From positions 160,001-224,000 of the forward strand of contig CAWAHW010000006.1 in NCBI GenBank assembly GCA_963781885.1: a DNA stretch of 64,000 bases, written 5' to 3'. The DNA comes from an uncultured Spirochaetota bacterium. Its GTDB lineage: Bacteria > Spirochaetota > Spirochaetia > SZUA-6 > Fen-1364. The stretch's first letter is position 1, and every line of letters starts with the position of its first letter. Below are positions 62,654 to 64,000 of the stretch, piece after piece. The notes under the pieces were generated by a model. It ran no database searches. It was given only the letters and a program-made list of their open reading frames with translations, and was not told the origin of the DNA. Position numbers and translations under genes: made by a program.

Positions 62654-62679
62654 TGCACGCTGTTGAGCCCGACGAAAGA

Positions 62680-64000
62680 CTACAGAAGCTGCGACAGGCG
62701 CTCCTTGAGCGGCCCGCTTGCTTTCTTCGACTGGTCAGCGAGGTAGGCGGCAACCGTGGGCGTCTTGAGGGCGGACTTCAGCATGAGCACGCCATCCGAT
62801 GTGTAGACATTTTCATGGCTGATCGACAGCAGGCCAAGCACCGGCGGAAGCACTGTCTGCGGATCGCCTCCGGCCAGAAGCCGTGCAAGAATGACGTCGA
62901 GCTCCGGCCGCAGCAGGATGAAGCGGGCCTCGGCCGCTGCAATGTCGTTGAGCCTGCCGAGCTCGATGCGTGTCTCCCGCGCTGCGTCGGATGCGGGTGC
63001 GAGCAGGATCGTCTTTTCAAGCACGCTTCGCACATTCGCCAAGGTGTAGGCGCCGGGTCCCCTCTTCATCGCGCGCCAGAGGTGGTAGTAGAAGGCGGGA
63101 TAGCTGCGATAGCGCCCCTCCAGGGATGTGTAGTCGGTCAACAGACTGACGGTGACATTCTGCTTCTCCAGCGAGCAGGACAGAAGCAGAAATCGTGCAA
63201 ATGGATCGTCGACTCCCTGCAGCGCTCCGGTCAGGGCACCGAGCGCGTCCGACCAACGGGCATGCAGGTACGCCGAAAGCCCGCGCAGCAAGGCTTGCGC
63301 ATTCATGCTTCCCAAGCCTGCCACGTCGGTGCGGCGGGAAAGGGCGTCGAGATTCAGATCCAATTGCTCGATCGTGATCGCCCCCTGGGATTGCTGATAC
63401 AGCGTTTCCTTGAATGCTGCCAGCACACTGGTGACGGTCTGGCCCGTCTTCTCCCGCAACGCCGATTCAAGGAGCCCGGTGCCCGGCTGGTAGCCGAGGC
63501 TTTCTTCGCAGTCCTCGAGCACTTTCAAAGCATCGGCATCACGCGCCGCGGCGCCCAGCGCCTGCGCGTACACCGCATAGTCCACGGCGGACTTCTGGAC
63601 ATTTTTCTTTTCCCAGGCGGCCTGGAAATCCGCGATCGCTGCAGCGGCGTTTCCCGCCTGCGCAAACGCCCTTGCACGAACGATGAGCGCGGCAGGATCC
63701 CCCGCCCGGGCCGCGGGTGTGACCACGGGAAGAGCGTCTGCGGGCTTGCCCTGCAGGAGGAGCGTTCGCGCGTATTCGAGACGGGCCGCCTGCGCCGCGT
63801 CCGGGGAAACGCCCGGCCTTTCGTTCAGGCTTTGCGCGCTGTGAAGATACACGGCAGCGACGTCGAGCTGTCCCAAGGCGAGATAAAGCTCGCCCAGGCG
63901 GTATTTGACCCCAAAAGAATCGGGATTCTCCTGATCCAGCTCAATAAGGGCGGCGAGCCGCTCGGAGGGAATCGTCATGGCGTCGATGCGGGTCAATCGA
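62680..64000 (-). CDS. TPR protein (5' end outside the window)
   Basis: Open frame to window edge; TPR-like YRLGELYLALGQLDVAAVYL and RARAFAQAGNAAAAIADF. Confidence 0.8.
   Translation of the reverse strand, partial: RLTRIDAMTIPSERLAALIELDQENPDSFGVKYRLGELYLALGQLDVAAVYLHSAQSLNERPGVSPDAAQAARLEYARTLLLQGKPADALPVVTPAARAGDPAALIVRARAFAQAGNAAAAIADFQAAWEKKNVQKSAVDYAVYAQALGAAARDADALKVLEDCEESLGYQPGTGLLESALREKTGQTVTSVLAAFKETLYQQSQGAITIEQLDLNLDALSRRTDVAGLGSMNAQALLRGLSAYLHARWSDALGALTGALQGVDDPFARFLLLSCSLEKQNVTVSLLTDYTSLEGRYRSYPAFYYHLWRAMKRGPGAYTLANVRSVLEKTILLAPASDAARETRIELGRLNDIAAAEARFILLRPELDVILARLLAGGDPQTVLPPVLGLLSISHENVYTSDGVLMLKSALKTPTVAAYLADQSKKASGPLKERLSQLL

Noticed and set aside
1-64000. rRNA, tRNA, CRISPR arrays and IS elements
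   Set aside because: None recognised by eye; a covariance-model scan would be needed to exclude small RNAs.

Overview
The window has two parts. (1) 1..~28260 is the right-hand portion of a prophage with visibly lower GC than the flanking DNA. It has a podovirus-type morphogenesis operon (portal, scaffold, major capsid, adaptor, nozzle, three paralogous collar/HxH tail fibres, three ejection-type proteins; no tape measure, tube or sheath). This is followed by a CXXX-repeat module (a ~383-aa protein with ~64 Cys at mostly every-fourth spacing, plus a partner resembling the CXXX peptide-modification accessory protein), a holin-like gene, and a nested-domain structural protein. On the opposite strand come a TPR/MTase-Mrr/unknown cargo block, RHH-like regulators, a Zn-finger/ATPase replication protein with iterons, small early genes and a large serine recombinase at the phage-host junction. 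About a dozen indels interrupt phage genes, probably consensus errors. (2) ~28270..64000 is high-GC host DNA, probably a spirochaete (P13-like porin, many lipoproteins). It carries a Ser/Thr kinase, MFS, AraC, a papain-like lipoprotein, an NHL protein, mtgA and a truncated DJ-1/PfpI start next to a G-tract cluster. Next is a ~3,940-aa Sec-exported giant protein with hydrophobic hairpins, a HExxH motif and a low-GC C-terminal tip, overlapped by an immunity-like gene. Divergent from it is a tightly coupled TPR-lipoprotein/lipoprotein/TolC/MFP/2x Ig-like/degenerate RND/lipoprotein operon. The two best candidates for an undescribed system are (a) a spirochaetal polymorphic-toxin locus with an RND/TolC/Ig-like export apparatus and (b) a phage CXXX-repeat (RiPP-like) virion protein module. 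All family assignments are from motif recognition by eye; no searches were run.
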